Shown: positions 27,124 to 37,450 of the stretch, in pieces
How the letters are laid out: every line of letters begins with the position of its first letter
How positions within the stretch are numbered: position 1 is the first letter of the stretch
Source: an uncultured Rivularia sp.
GTDB lineage: Bacteria > Cyanobacteriota > Cyanobacteriia > Cyanobacteriales > Nostocaceae
Assembly (NCBI GenBank): GCA_963665115.1
Contig: OY762007.1
Coordinates: forward strand, 4,736,001 to 4,800,000
Reading direction: 5' to 3'
DNA length: 64,000 nt
Program-made: the position numbers and the translations under genes
The notes under the pieces: generated by a model
The model's input: only the letters and a program-made list of their open reading frames with translations
Told to the model about the DNA's origin: nothing
Databases searched by the model: none

Positions 27124-28455
27124 GTTGAAATTCACATTAATCCCTATCAGGGATTGAAACACCAAAAACTTCGGCTTCGGCTAGTATCGTTGCAGTTGAA
27201 ATTCACATTAATCCCTATCAGGGATTGAAACGCAATAGAAGACTTATCCAATTATAAAGCTATAATGTTGAAATTCACATTAATCCCTATCAGGGATTGA
27301 AACGCTTGCAATTGGCTGTGTAGACTGACCGGAAACAAGTTGAAATTCACATTAATCCCTATCAGGGATTGAAACCTGTAGTTGGTCGGTATTGCGCTGG
27401 TTCATGGCATTGTTGAAATTCACATTAATCCCTATCAGGGATTGAAACGTATTCTGGGACATCTCCGGGTTTAACTGGGTCATAGTTGAAATTCACATTA
27501 ATCCCTATCAGGGATTGAAACCCATATTTTATTCCCCGGTTGATAAAGCCAAGCTTGTTGAAATTCACATTAATCCCTATCAGGGATTGAAACACAAAGA
27601 TATCAAATCGTTAATGCGCTATATCGAAGTTGAAATTCACATTAATCCCTATCAGGGATTGAAACTGACTAACAATTTATGGACTTTACAAGAAATACTT
27701 GTTGAAATTCACATTAATCCCTATCAGGGATTGAAACTTTTCATTAATTGATTGTGGTGCAAAATGCAATGAGTTGAAATTCACATTAATCCCTATCAGG
27801 GATTGAAACGAGGAAGATTTGGTGGAAGTTGAGCGGTTGTTTGGTTGAAATTCACATTAATCCCTATCAGGGATTGAAACAGAATCTCCTCCCCAGGAGT
27901 AAAAGTTAAAGGTAGTTGAAATTCACATTAATCCCTATCAGGGATTGAAACAGTATAGTCAAGCTGGGTTAAATGAAATTGAAGCAGAGTTGAAATTCAC
28001 ATTAATCCCTATCAGGGATTGAAACTTAAGCGAAGACGCAAGGGTCAATACCAACAGCAAGTTGAAATTCACATTAATCCCTATCAGGGATTGAAACTTA
28101 AATTATAGGTAGGTATTACAGCTACCTATAATTTGAAAATCACATTAATCCCTATTAGGGATTGAAACTTACAAATGTAAGATGCAGAGGGAAACTTGAA
28201 AGGTTGAAATTCACATTAATCCCTATTAGGGATTGAAACTCAGACATTGCTGAATCAATATTAGAACATCCAGAGTTGAAATTCACATTAATCCCTATTA
28301 GGGATTGAAACTCCTTCTAAAACATCATTTCCTTCTCCTCCTTCTTGTTGAAATTCACATTAATCCCTATCAGGGATTGAAACCAATCATTGATGGAGTG
28401 GCTTTTTGCTAGCTTGTTGTTGAAAATCACAGTAATCCCTATCAGGGATTAAAAC
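27124..28455 (+). CRISPR. CRISPR array: 19 repeats of 37 bp, 18 spacers of 34-37 bp
   Basis: Consensus GTTGAAATTCACATTAATCCCTATCAGGGATTGAAAC counted directly. Repeats 15-17 carry CTATT; repeat 15 also starts TTTGAAAAT; terminal repeat 28419-28455 is degenerate. Confidence 0.98.
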
Positions 28456-29052
28456 CAGAGAAGGCTTACAGTCTGTGGGCGGGCTTGAGTTTATTAACTG
28501 TGTTTTCAGCGAAAATAAGGAAAATGATATAAGGCATTGACATACTTACGAGTGTCACTTTACAATAGGTATTATAAGTAACATCTGTTTTTTTTAAATG
28601 CTCTAATTGTTGTCTTTCGTATAGTAAAGAAGGCTTATCTGCACTAATATTTATATCTGAATGGAACAAACTTAGTACTTGTATAAAAAATATTCATGTA
28701 AAACAAAATACTCTTTAATATAACTATTAAATATTTGTTTATATAAAAGAAAAGCACTATATTCTTATCGTTATAAAGTCAAGTTTTTCGTAAAGATGTT
28801 AAGCACTTTTAACTAATTTCTCATATTTAACTTCTATTTTGCTTATAATCAGAAAGTACATAGAAAATCTATCAGCTTGCAAAGTCTTCTCCTCGTCAAG
28901 AATCTACGAGCAAAGAATATCAACTTGATAGAGTAGATGTATGAGCCAGTTTTGAATAAGTGCTAAGTGTACCTGTTGCCTACCACTTGCTTAATGCTTC
29001 TTGATTATTTTACCTGTACGGCTTAATTAGCATAAAACCTTCTGGAAAATAC

Positions 29053-29517
29053 ATGAGACTGGCAGATACATTTTCAATGAATAAGAATCAAACTTTTGAG
29101 GCACCTTTAGTTTTAGTAGTAGAAGATAATGAAGATAATTTACTACTAATAACTTATATACTTGAATCTTTAGGTTGCAGATTAATTGCTCGTAAAAGTG
29201 GGGGTGAGACAACAGTAATTTTAGCGAAAGAACATCATCCCGATTTGATACTGCTTGATATCGTTTTACCAGAAGTCAGCGGTATTGAAATTTTGAAATC
29301 TTTAAGGAAAGAACCTTTGACTTGTGATGTTCCTGTAATTGCAGTAACAGCTTTAGCCACTGAAGCAAATCGCGAAGATATTATTCGAGCAGGATTTAAT
29401 GATTATATTATTAAACCTTATTTAATTGAAGACTTAGAGGAAATGGTTAAGCCTTATATTAGCGATAAATTAAATTATTCATCGAATATTACCGTAGGGC
29501 AAGATAGTTTTTATTAA
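29053..29517 (+). CDS. Single-domain response regulator
   Basis: LVVEDNEDN, PDLILLDIVLP, VIAVTA, YIIKPY. Confidence 0.9.
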   Translation: MRLADTFSMNKNQTFEAPLVLVVEDNEDNLLLITYILESLGCRLIARKSGGETTVILAKEHHPDLILLDIVLPEVSGIEILKSLRKEPLTCDVPVIAVTALATEANREDIIRAGFNDYIIKPYLIEDLEEMVKPYISDKLNYSSNITVGQDSFY

Positions 29518-29775
29518 TTAGCTTATTTATAGTCTTAAAGCAAAAGCAACCCTTAAGTAGTGTTAATTATTCTTTCATATTTTTCTTTAAATAACCCGCG
29601 CAGGTAGGTTTTGCCTGTGTAGCCGTGACTTCTAGTCGCAAAGTATGAATAAAATGTTACTTTATTTTCTAATATGCTTGTTGACTAATATTATTCAAAT
29701 TTTTTCTCTTATTCCCTATTCCCTCTTTTCGACTATTTAACGGCGCATACTAGGAACGGAAGAATCATAATTATT

Positions 29776-30888
29776 TTATCCCCGTGGTAGTAAAAAGGTA
29801 AATAAACTACCTTTCCCTAATTCGGAAGAAAATTCGATTTTTCCATGATGTGTTTTTGCAATCCACTTAGATAGATGAAGTCCCAAACCGCTACCAGAAC
29901 GTTTATTCTTACCGGAACGAAAACGCTCAAATATAGTTTTTTGGTCTTCTTGTGCAATGCCATAGCCAGTATCTTCTACGTCTAATTTTACCCAGTCTTG
30001 AGTTTCATCTGTAAATTCTGATAGACGTATTTCAATTTTACCTTCATCGGTAAACTTAATCGCATTTCCAATCAAATTACTAATAACACGTCGCAATTCT
30101 AATCGATCGCCATTGACTGTAGTAACGTCTTCGTTTTCTTGCGAAGAAATAATTTTAAATTCAAGGTTTAAGTCTCTTTCTTGCGCCAACGGACTCAACT
30201 CTTGAACTACTTCCTCAACTACGGAATGCATACTACAGCTTTCAAAATTCATGGTTTTTTTCCCCGCTTCAATGCGCGATACTTCTAGCAGGGTATTTAC
30301 CATTTCCAGTAAATTATTGTTACTGCGAACCATTGCGGCGATCGCCTTTTTCATTTCTGGTGAAATTTTGCAGAATGTTTCTTGTAAAAACAGGTTTAAC
30401 ATTCTATCGGCAGCTACCAAAGGGGTTCGTAAATCGTGGGTTAAACGCGATACAAAGTCTTCACGCTGACGGGCCATTGTTTTCTGCGCGTCGATGCTGT
30501 GCTTAAGACGCAAAAGACTTCGTACTCTTGCAAGTAACTCATCCGTGTCAAAAGGTTTGCGGATAAAATCATCTGCCCCTGCATCTAAACCTTCAACAAC
30601 GCTAGCATCGTCGAAGGCTGTAACTAATAATATTGGAATATAATTATTGTCAGTAATATTACGGATACGACGGGTCACTTCATAGCCATCTATTTCCGGC
30701 ATCATGACATCTAAAAGTATTAAACTCGGTGGTAATTCCTCAACTTCTTTTAGTGCTGATTCACCATCGGTGACTAACTTAACTTCATATCCTTCGCTTT
30801 CTAAAAGTGCCTGTACTAAAAACAGATTGTCAGGTATATCGTCAACTGCTAATATACGGTCTGCCATCTGCGATTCTTCAAGTGACAT
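29776..30888 (-). CDS. Hybrid REC-histidine kinase
   Basis: ILAVDD...LLDVMMP...IRKPF; H-box LTHDLRTPL; NLIGNAIKFT; GSGLGL. Confidence 0.92.
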   Translation of the reverse strand: MSLEESQMADRILAVDDIPDNLFLVQALLESEGYEVKLVTDGESALKEVEELPPSLILLDVMMPEIDGYEVTRRIRNITDNNYIPILLVTAFDDASVVEGLDAGADDFIRKPFDTDELLARVRSLLRLKHSIDAQKTMARQREDFVSRLTHDLRTPLVAADRMLNLFLQETFCKISPEMKKAIAAMVRSNNNLLEMVNTLLEVSRIEAGKKTMNFESCSMHSVVEEVVQELSPLAQERDLNLEFKIISSQENEDVTTVNGDRLELRRVISNLIGNAIKFTDEGKIEIRLSEFTDETQDWVKLDVEDTGYGIAQEDQKTIFERFRSGKNKRSGSGLGLHLSKWIAKTHHGKIEFSSELGKGSLFTFLLPRG

Positions 30889-31016
30889 AATAATTTTTAC
30901 AAATACTGACGTTAAAAAAGGTCATAGTTTATTTTTTGATAGACATAGTTAGAAACTAAAATCAAATATTCTTTAAATTAAGATAATTTTTGCTGCTGCT
31001 TTTTAGCATACAGTTT

Positions 31017-32303
31017 TCATCTGTAATCTGCTTGCTTATTGTCATTCATAAGTATTTTCGATGAAAAATCATAACTTGCTTCGGCAATATCTCGATCTGA
31101 AGATGACACTTGACGTGGTAATTTTATACGAAACAGCGCACCTTTTCCTAATTCACTTTCAACACTAATGTGACCGTTCATCATATTTACCAGAGCTTGA
31201 ACTGTAGATAAACCCAAACCCGTACCATCAAATTTACGGTTGGTACCTCGATCGAGTTGCCTGAAAGGTTCAAAAATATGTGGCATATTATCATCGGCAA
31301 TTCCAATCCCCGTATCTTCGACTGCTAATTCAACAGTATTGCTCGAATTTTCCGTTATTTTTACCTGAATGCTCCCATTATGCGTAAATTTAATCGCGTT
31401 TGAAAGCAACTTACTTAAAATCTGTCGCACGCGCAGCGAATCGTTATATAAAATAGGATTTTGTAAGTTGATATCAACTTTCATGGGCAGCTTTTTCGCA
31501 TCTGCTTCATATTGCATATCCGCAACGGTAATTTTTACCAGTTTCGCAACATCGAATACTTTTGGTTTTAAATCTAGCTTTCCTGCTTGTAGCTTAGAAT
31601 AATCTAAAATTTCATTTACTAGCATTAATAAATTTTTACCATTATTAAGAATACGTTCTACCATATCCTTTTGCGGTTTAGTGATTATACCGCACTTTGG
31701 GCGTAACAATAATTGAGAAAACCCAATAATTGCATTCATGGGAGTGCGTAATTCGTGAGATATAGTTGCCAAAAATTGTGATTTTAACTGTAATAGTTCA
31801 ATCAACTTCAGATTTTGTAGTTCGATTTGTTGTTTTTGCTGCTCTATTTGTTGATTTCGCTGGAAAAGCAATGCGTTTTTTTCTTGGACTTGTAGATGAA
31901 TGTCAGCTAATTGTGCTTGCATTTGGTAAATTCGCATAGCATTCCGTAGCGCTAAATCTAAAATATCTGGTGACAATTTCGATTTGTAAATATAGTCTGT
32001 AGCCCCAGCTTTGATGAATTCTTCAGCTTTGCCTTCATCACTTTTTTTGATGATAACTACTACAGGAACTAGATTTTTCCAACTATGTATTTGTTTTAAT
32101 AAATTTATGGCTTCAGCATTGGATGCACAATTGCCTAAGAATACAAAGTCATAGCAATTATTCTTAAAAGTATCGATGGCTTCCTTACTCTCAACGACTT
32201 GTAGCTGTTTTCGATTTAGACAATCTTTATTGAAAGCATGGTACACACTCATCCGATCTACTTCGTCATCTTCAATAATTAGAATCTTCAACTTTTTATC
32301 CAT
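31017..32303 (-). CDS. Hybrid histidine kinase with degenerate N-terminal receiver
   Basis: ILIIEDD; phosphoacceptor region reads FVFLGN; SHELRTPMN; LSNAIKFT; DTGIG; GTGLGL. Confidence 0.9.
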   Translation of the reverse strand: MDKKLKILIIEDDEVDRMSVYHAFNKDCLNRKQLQVVESKEAIDTFKNNCYDFVFLGNCASNAEAINLLKQIHSWKNLVPVVVIIKKSDEGKAEEFIKAGATDYIYKSKLSPDILDLALRNAMRIYQMQAQLADIHLQVQEKNALLFQRNQQIEQQKQQIELQNLKLIELLQLKSQFLATISHELRTPMNAIIGFSQLLLRPKCGIITKPQKDMVERILNNGKNLLMLVNEILDYSKLQAGKLDLKPKVFDVAKLVKITVADMQYEADAKKLPMKVDINLQNPILYNDSLRVRQILSKLLSNAIKFTHNGSIQVKITENSSNTVELAVEDTGIGIADDNMPHIFEPFRQLDRGTNRKFDGTGLGLSTVQALVNMMNGHISVESELGKGALFRIKLPRQVSSSDRDIAEASYDFSSKILMNDNKQADYR

Positions 32304-33566
32304 TGCTGTTTTGCCTCAATCGCTGCTTAGGCTATCAGATATTACTTAGGCAACATTTCTTTCAAGAATTTTTATACCTATCTTTATTAATCAAAATTAT
32401 AATATTAGGATTTACATAAAGCTCCGCAAATTAGTGGAAGTTGGGCGTTATCAATGTTTAGAACACGATACTTCCCGTCATTCCTGTGTAACTCCTAAAT
32501 ATCTTGAATAAGGCTAGTTTTTATTTATAATTTAACGTTATTATATAATCATAGGCTGTAATTATATTAAGCAATAATTATTAATAATCAATAGTTCATG
32601 TGCATTATATTTTGCTTTATTAACTTGGCGATAGTATTTATAGTATAAACTTGTCTATAAAGGTTATTTTGTATTCTTTTATTCAAATATTTTGAGCCGA
32701 TAGTAAAAATAATTAATTTTTATTTTTATGAGATATTTTATGATTAACTAATAACGTTCACACTACCCTTGCTTGAATTCTATCTTCTATCGCCGCAGAT
32801 AGCTTTTTATACATTGATGTATCTAACACTCTTTATAAACATATGAAAATTGACGATAAAGTATAAATTTTGTGCCGTTAACTTTAAGAGTAATATGAAG
32901 GTGATATAAAAGCCAAAAACAATTCGGAGATATTACAAAAAATAATTCGAGTGTTAAGGCTTATACATTTACTTAACTATATATTTATTTTATGCAAACA
33001 TAATTTTATTCGTCGTCCGTCTTTAGTATGAATTTAATTAGGATAAGCATATTCGATTTTTATAAATTATGAACAATAACTCTTAATTTAGATAGATGAT
33101 AATTTTAACAAAGCCTTTGAAGAGGATTTCTTGAAAAGGTATGAGTTGAACTCAAAAATTAGGATATTGCCGCTTAATTATCGGCTTATTGTCAGAAGAA
33201 TTTAAGCTTCGTTTTGAACTAAGAAAAGTATATGGAATAATCAATAATTATCAAATACATCTGATTAATCAATACTTTACTAATTTCAACTAAAATCAAT
33301 CTTATTTTATATATAAATAGATCGGTCTAAAATTTTTACGATGTATTTTACGATGTATAGTTATATTATAATTACAATATTGGCATATATCTTAAGCTAG
33401 ATTTAACCTGTATCTAAAGACTAAATGAAAGCTTTAGAATTGTTTCTGTTGATGGATGTATTGTTGATATAATAATATCTATCTTTAGCTTCTGTGCAAT
33501 TTAGATGCAAACAAGAAAAGCTTAAACTTAAAGGATGTTTTTGAGATATATTGAAAAATAAATAAT

Positions 33567-34298
33567 ATGAGTGTAAAGATGAGTGAAATTAGCATTGTAT
33601 TAATTGAAGACCATGATTTAACCAGAATGGGGATCAGAACTGCATTACAGGCAAGCAGCGAATTACAGGTAGTAGGAGAAGCAGCTAATGGTAGCAGAGG
33701 GTTGAAAATTTTAGAAAGTATGAAGCCAGATGTAGCACTTGTAGACATTGGCTTACCAGATATTGATGGTATTGAACTTACTCGCAAATTTAGAGAATAT
33801 CAAAGTCATACGGGAGATACTTCTACAAAAATCCTCGTTTTGACAATGAATCATACGGATGATACCGTACTTGCAGCTTTCGCAGCAGGGGCTGATTCAT
33901 ATTACATGAAAGATACAAGCATTGATAAGCTCACCGAAGCAATTCATGCAACTTACTCCGGCAACTCCTGGATTGATCCGGCGATCGCCAACATAGTGTT
34001 ACAGCAGATAAGACAAGAAATCTCCGAAAATCAAAAATCTGTACAGGCTAAAACGGTAAAAATTGAAGCGCTCTCTTCCGAATACGAGCAAGTTTTAGAA
34101 ACCTATCCCTTAACTCAAAGAGAATTAGAAATTCTTGAATTAATTGTAGCCGGGAAAAGTAATGGAGAAATTGCCGAGCAGCTATATATCACAGTTGGTA
34201 CCGTAAAAACCCACGTTCGCAATATTCTTAACAAGCTTTGTGCTGACGATCGCACTCAAGCAGCAGTTAGAGCATTACGTTCGGGATTAGTAGCCTAA
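33567..34298 (+). CDS. NarL/LuxR-family response regulator
   Basis: IEDHDLTR, LVDIGLP, LTQRELEILELIVAGKSNGEIA...TVKTHVRNILNKL. Confidence 0.92.
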   Translation: MSVKMSEISIVLIEDHDLTRMGIRTALQASSELQVVGEAANGSRGLKILESMKPDVALVDIGLPDIDGIELTRKFREYQSHTGDTSTKILVLTMNHTDDTVLAAFAAGADSYYMKDTSIDKLTEAIHATYSGNSWIDPAIANIVLQQIRQEISENQKSVQAKTVKIEALSSEYEQVLETYPLTQRELEILELIVAGKSNGEIAEQLYITVGTVKTHVRNILNKLCADDRTQAAVRALRSGLVA

Positions 34299-34460
34299 AA
34301 TCAGTAGATTCACACTTAAATATTAAATATTAGTTAGATCTGCGAATTTTCCTTCAAATCTAAACCTTCTAACTTGCAGTTCCTAACTTCTAACTGCTTA
34401 TCGTAACTTTGCTATAGTGTTGATTTGCTTTTATCCAATATCTACCACACGCACTCAGTA

Positions 34461-34811
34461 ATGAATTACGAAACCGCTCATCAATTCCTTTTAAACCAAA
34501 CTATAGTAAGCGAAAAAAACTCAGATGCGTTGCTAACCCGAATGCGACAAGGGAAACCGCCAATTCCCGGTCAAATCACTTCAATTTTACTGGCATTAAA
34601 AGTAGTATTTGAAGCTCTTAAAGATTCTAATACCCTTGAGAGAGAACTTATTTATGCCTTATATTTATTAACTATAAAAGCTCAACAATTATTTGCGGCA
34701 GGGTTAAAAGCTGGTGTAGATTGGCCTCCAATGCTAAAAGAAGATTTATTAAGAATAGGAAATGCAACCGAAAGTATTTTTTCTGGTGAATGGCATAATA
34801 TTCATCAATAG
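34461..34811 (+). CDS. Conserved cyanobacterial hypothetical protein
   Basis: MNYETA...GKPPIPGQITSILLALKVVF...WPPMLKEDL; ATG at 34461. Confidence 0.7.
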   Translation: MNYETAHQFLLNQTIVSEKNSDALLTRMRQGKPPIPGQITSILLALKVVFEALKDSNTLERELIYALYLLTIKAQQLFAAGLKAGVDWPPMLKEDLLRIGNATESIFSGEWHNIHQ

Positions 34812-34915
34812 ATAGTTGTTAGTTGTTATTAAAAATATTTGTCATTTATAGCGGCAGTATCTCCTTCGCTTTTGAATAGCAGGGAGCAAGACGCTCCCAC
34901 TACAAAGAAATTACT

Positions 34916-35110
34916 AATTTACATCTTGCACCAGTTGCGATAAAGTCTGATAAACCAGACTGGGCAAGGCTTTTAGTACGTTACAACTGACCAGACAGCA
35001 CCATTCTCAACAAGCCCGAATAAACCCGGTTTCTTGCTGAATGAACAACGAGATATTCGTGTTTCTCCGAAAATAAACCGGGTTTCTGACACTGATGCAA
35101 GAGGTGAATT
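34916..35110. mobile_element. MITE-like element
   Basis: 20-bp terminal IR aatttacatcttgcaccagt / actgatgcaagaggtgaatt (17/20); internal aaacccggttt / aaaccgggttt. Confidence 0.6.
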
Positions 35111-35242
35111 TCAACGTACTTTTTATATCAGGTTTAGGAGCTTCCACCCGAATTGTGCCAGAAGTCAGTTACTAATCAAAATTAATCTAGCAGAATAGTT
35201 TAGCCAGAGGGTGTGGAAGATCAACTAACAACTATCTACCAA

Positions 35243-35836
35243 TTAACGATTTCGCAATTCTTCTTCTAACTTATCCAAATCGGATTTAAGAAAAACCGTC
35301 ATTTGCCCGGTAAAAGCTTTACCGTTTTTAGCTTGAGCAACTTCTACCCAATAAGCATAACGCGAACCTACACGTAATTCTCCTTTCAAAGCCTCTCTAA
35401 CTGGAGTTTTTGCAAAACGTGCTTCATTAATTGCGCTTTGATTGGGGTATTCATAAATTACCTTGGCTTCCCTAAAATCTTGATAAATATCTAAGCCATA
35501 AATTCTCCGTAAAGACTCCCTCAATCTATCCAAACTCATACCGTTTATTGCATCATACATAGAGATGCGCTCGGCGCGACTTTGACTGCGGTTGTTAGAA
35601 AAGGTTAATCTACCTGGTGCTGAAACCATCGCTTGGAAACTGAATCTTTGCGCTGCGGTATCGGTTTTCGTTACCAAAAAGCGTTCCCCACTTCTAGGGC
35701 TTAACGTCGGATGTGCTTTAATCCAAGTTTCTACATCTTCCATCGGTTGTCCGGGTAAAGCCCTTGCCACACCATGATTAGAGATAAAGAATGCTAAAGG
35801 TAAAATGAGAATTTGCAATAGAGATTTGTTGAACAT
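35243..35836 (-). CDS. Conserved cyanobacterial secreted hypothetical protein
   Basis: Signal peptide, then ALPGQ...WIKAHPTL...GELRVGSRYAYWVE. Confidence 0.7.
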   Translation of the reverse strand: MFNKSLLQILILPLAFFISNHGVARALPGQPMEDVETWIKAHPTLSPRSGERFLVTKTDTAAQRFSFQAMVSAPGRLTFSNNRSQSRAERISMYDAINGMSLDRLRESLRRIYGLDIYQDFREAKVIYEYPNQSAINEARFAKTPVREALKGELRVGSRYAYWVEVAQAKNGKAFTGQMTVFLKSDLDKLEEELRNR

Positions 35837-36066
35837 TTTTCAGTCTTGAAAGTTTCTATATATAGAATTCCCCTTTTTTTCAATTAATTAACGTTCTGGG
35901 TGAGAAATTGGGAGATGGGGAAATGGGGGAGACAAGGAGACAAGGAGAAGAATAATTAAGATCGGTTCGTAGTTGGAACTTTAGTCCTAAACTTGAGCGC
36001 TGCCATCACTTACTACAAACCTTTATCAACCTCCTAACTCCTAATTACTCGCTGTTGTAAATAACA

Positions 36067-36091
36067 AACTCCACCCGATTCGGGTGGAGTT
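36067..36091 (-). terminator. Strong hairpin, probable terminator of the GT/small-ORF transcript
   Basis: aactccacccga-t-tcgggtggagtt. Confidence 0.55.
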
Positions 36092-36144
36092 GGTAACTTT
36101 TTAAAAGTGAATTAGTTTTGGTTTTTGAGAAACTAACTAATATC

Positions 36145-36318
36145 TTACAATTTGGGATGTTCGTTTGATTTAGTTCTAGCTTCAGAAGGAACGCTAACGG
36201 TACTCAAAGGTGGAACTTCTTGCCAGCAATTTTGACAGAACCAGTAAAGTTCAGAATGACGAACGTGGCATAGCAGAGAACCACCGCAACAAAGACAGCT
36301 GTTAGTTCTAATGCTCAC
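36145..36318 (-). CDS. Small Cys-rich zinc-ribbon-like protein (57 aa; not in the ORF track)
   Basis: GTG start, GGAGG 9 nt upstream; MSIRTNSCLCCGGSLLCHVRHSELYWFCQNCWQEVPPL... Confidence 0.7.
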   Translation of the reverse strand: MSIRTNSCLCCGGSLLCHVRHSELYWFCQNCWQEVPPLSTVSVPSEARTKSNEHPKL

Positions 36319-36382
36319 GAGTTTTGTCCTCCTCTCAAAAAGTTAAAAAAGTTATCGATCGAGACGCACTCTTATTGATGAA

Positions 36383-37450
36383 TTAACATTTGATCTTTGT
36401 AGAGTGAATGAAACCATTTTTCTGAATGCGATTTTCCAAGATTTTTCTGTAAATTGCTTCGTACCCATCTACCATTTTGCTTACGGTAAATCTATCTTCT
36501 ACATATTTGCGACAGCTATTACGCTTGAGTTCTAAAGCTTTAGGAATCATTGATGCCATGTCTTCATGACTTTCGCAGATAAAACCAGTTACCCCGTGGT
36601 TAACAACTTCGGGAACAGAACCCATATTAGTGGCAATTACTGGCGTACCTGTAGCCATTGACTCAATCATTACTAGACCAAAAGGTTCTTGCCAGGTAAT
36701 GGGAAACAGAGTGACGGCAGCATTTCCAAGCAGTTTGGCTTTCTCCGAGTGATTAACTTCACCGAGGTATTGAATCTGCGTTCCATCAATATGAGGAGCT
36801 ACTTCTTGCTCAAAAAATTTCCTATCGATTTCATCAATCTTTCCTGCCATTTTCAAACGCCAACCTGTTTGTTTAGCAATTGAAATAGCATGGTGGGGTC
36901 CTTTCTCTGGAGAAAGTCTTCCTAAAAATGCTAGATAGGGTGGATTTTCAGGCTCGGCAATAAATGGATAGCCGCTTTCATCAATGCCGTTATAAACAGT
37001 TCCAACGTAATTTAGGTCTATCTTGCGTTGAGCATCGCTGATACTAACGTATGCCTGCTTACAGTGGTGGGTGTATATCTTCGTAGTATCCGGATTAAAA
37101 CTGTGGTGCAAAGTATGTACCGTCGGTGTTGCCACCAACCCGGCCGTTGCCAAAGTTAAAACACCTAAATGGGAATGAATTAAATCGAATTCCGCTGCTC
37201 GTTGGTAAACTTGACTTAATTCAAGCAGTTCGTAGGCATCGCAATTGATTACATTTGGATCCAAACGCAAAGCGCGATCGCAAACAGCTTCCAACTTGGC
37301 CTGAGTCAGCGAGTCACCAGAAGCAAACAAAGTAACTTCATGACCCCGACGAACTAATTCATCGGTTAAGTGACTAACTACCAACTCTATCCCTCCATAA
37401 GAAGGAGGCGGAACTCGTTCCCTTAAAGGGGCTACTTGAGCGATTCTCAT
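36383..37450 (-). CDS. GT4 glycosyltransferase
   Basis: MRIAQVAPL..VPP..YGGIE; GRLSPEKG; EPFGLVMIESMATGTPV. Confidence 0.92.
   Translation of the reverse strand: MRIAQVAPLRERVPPPSYGGIELVVSHLTDELVRRGHEVTLFASGDSLTQAKLEAVCDRALRLDPNVINCDAYELLELSQVYQRAAEFDLIHSHLGVLTLATAGLVATPTVHTLHHSFNPDTTKIYTHHCKQAYVSISDAQRKIDLNYVGTVYNGIDESGYPFIAEPENPPYLAFLGRLSPEKGPHHAISIAKQTGWRLKMAGKIDEIDRKFFEQEVAPHIDGTQIQYLGEVNHSEKAKLLGNAAVTLFPITWQEPFGLVMIESMATGTPVIATNMGSVPEVVNHGVTGFICESHEDMASMIPKALELKRNSCRKYVEDRFTVSKMVDGYEAIYRKILENRIQKNGFIHSTKIKC

Noticed and set aside
26998..27751. ORFs 26998-27228 and 27515-27751 with repeated VEIHINPYQGLK
   Set aside because: They are translations of the CRISPR leader and repeats, not genes.
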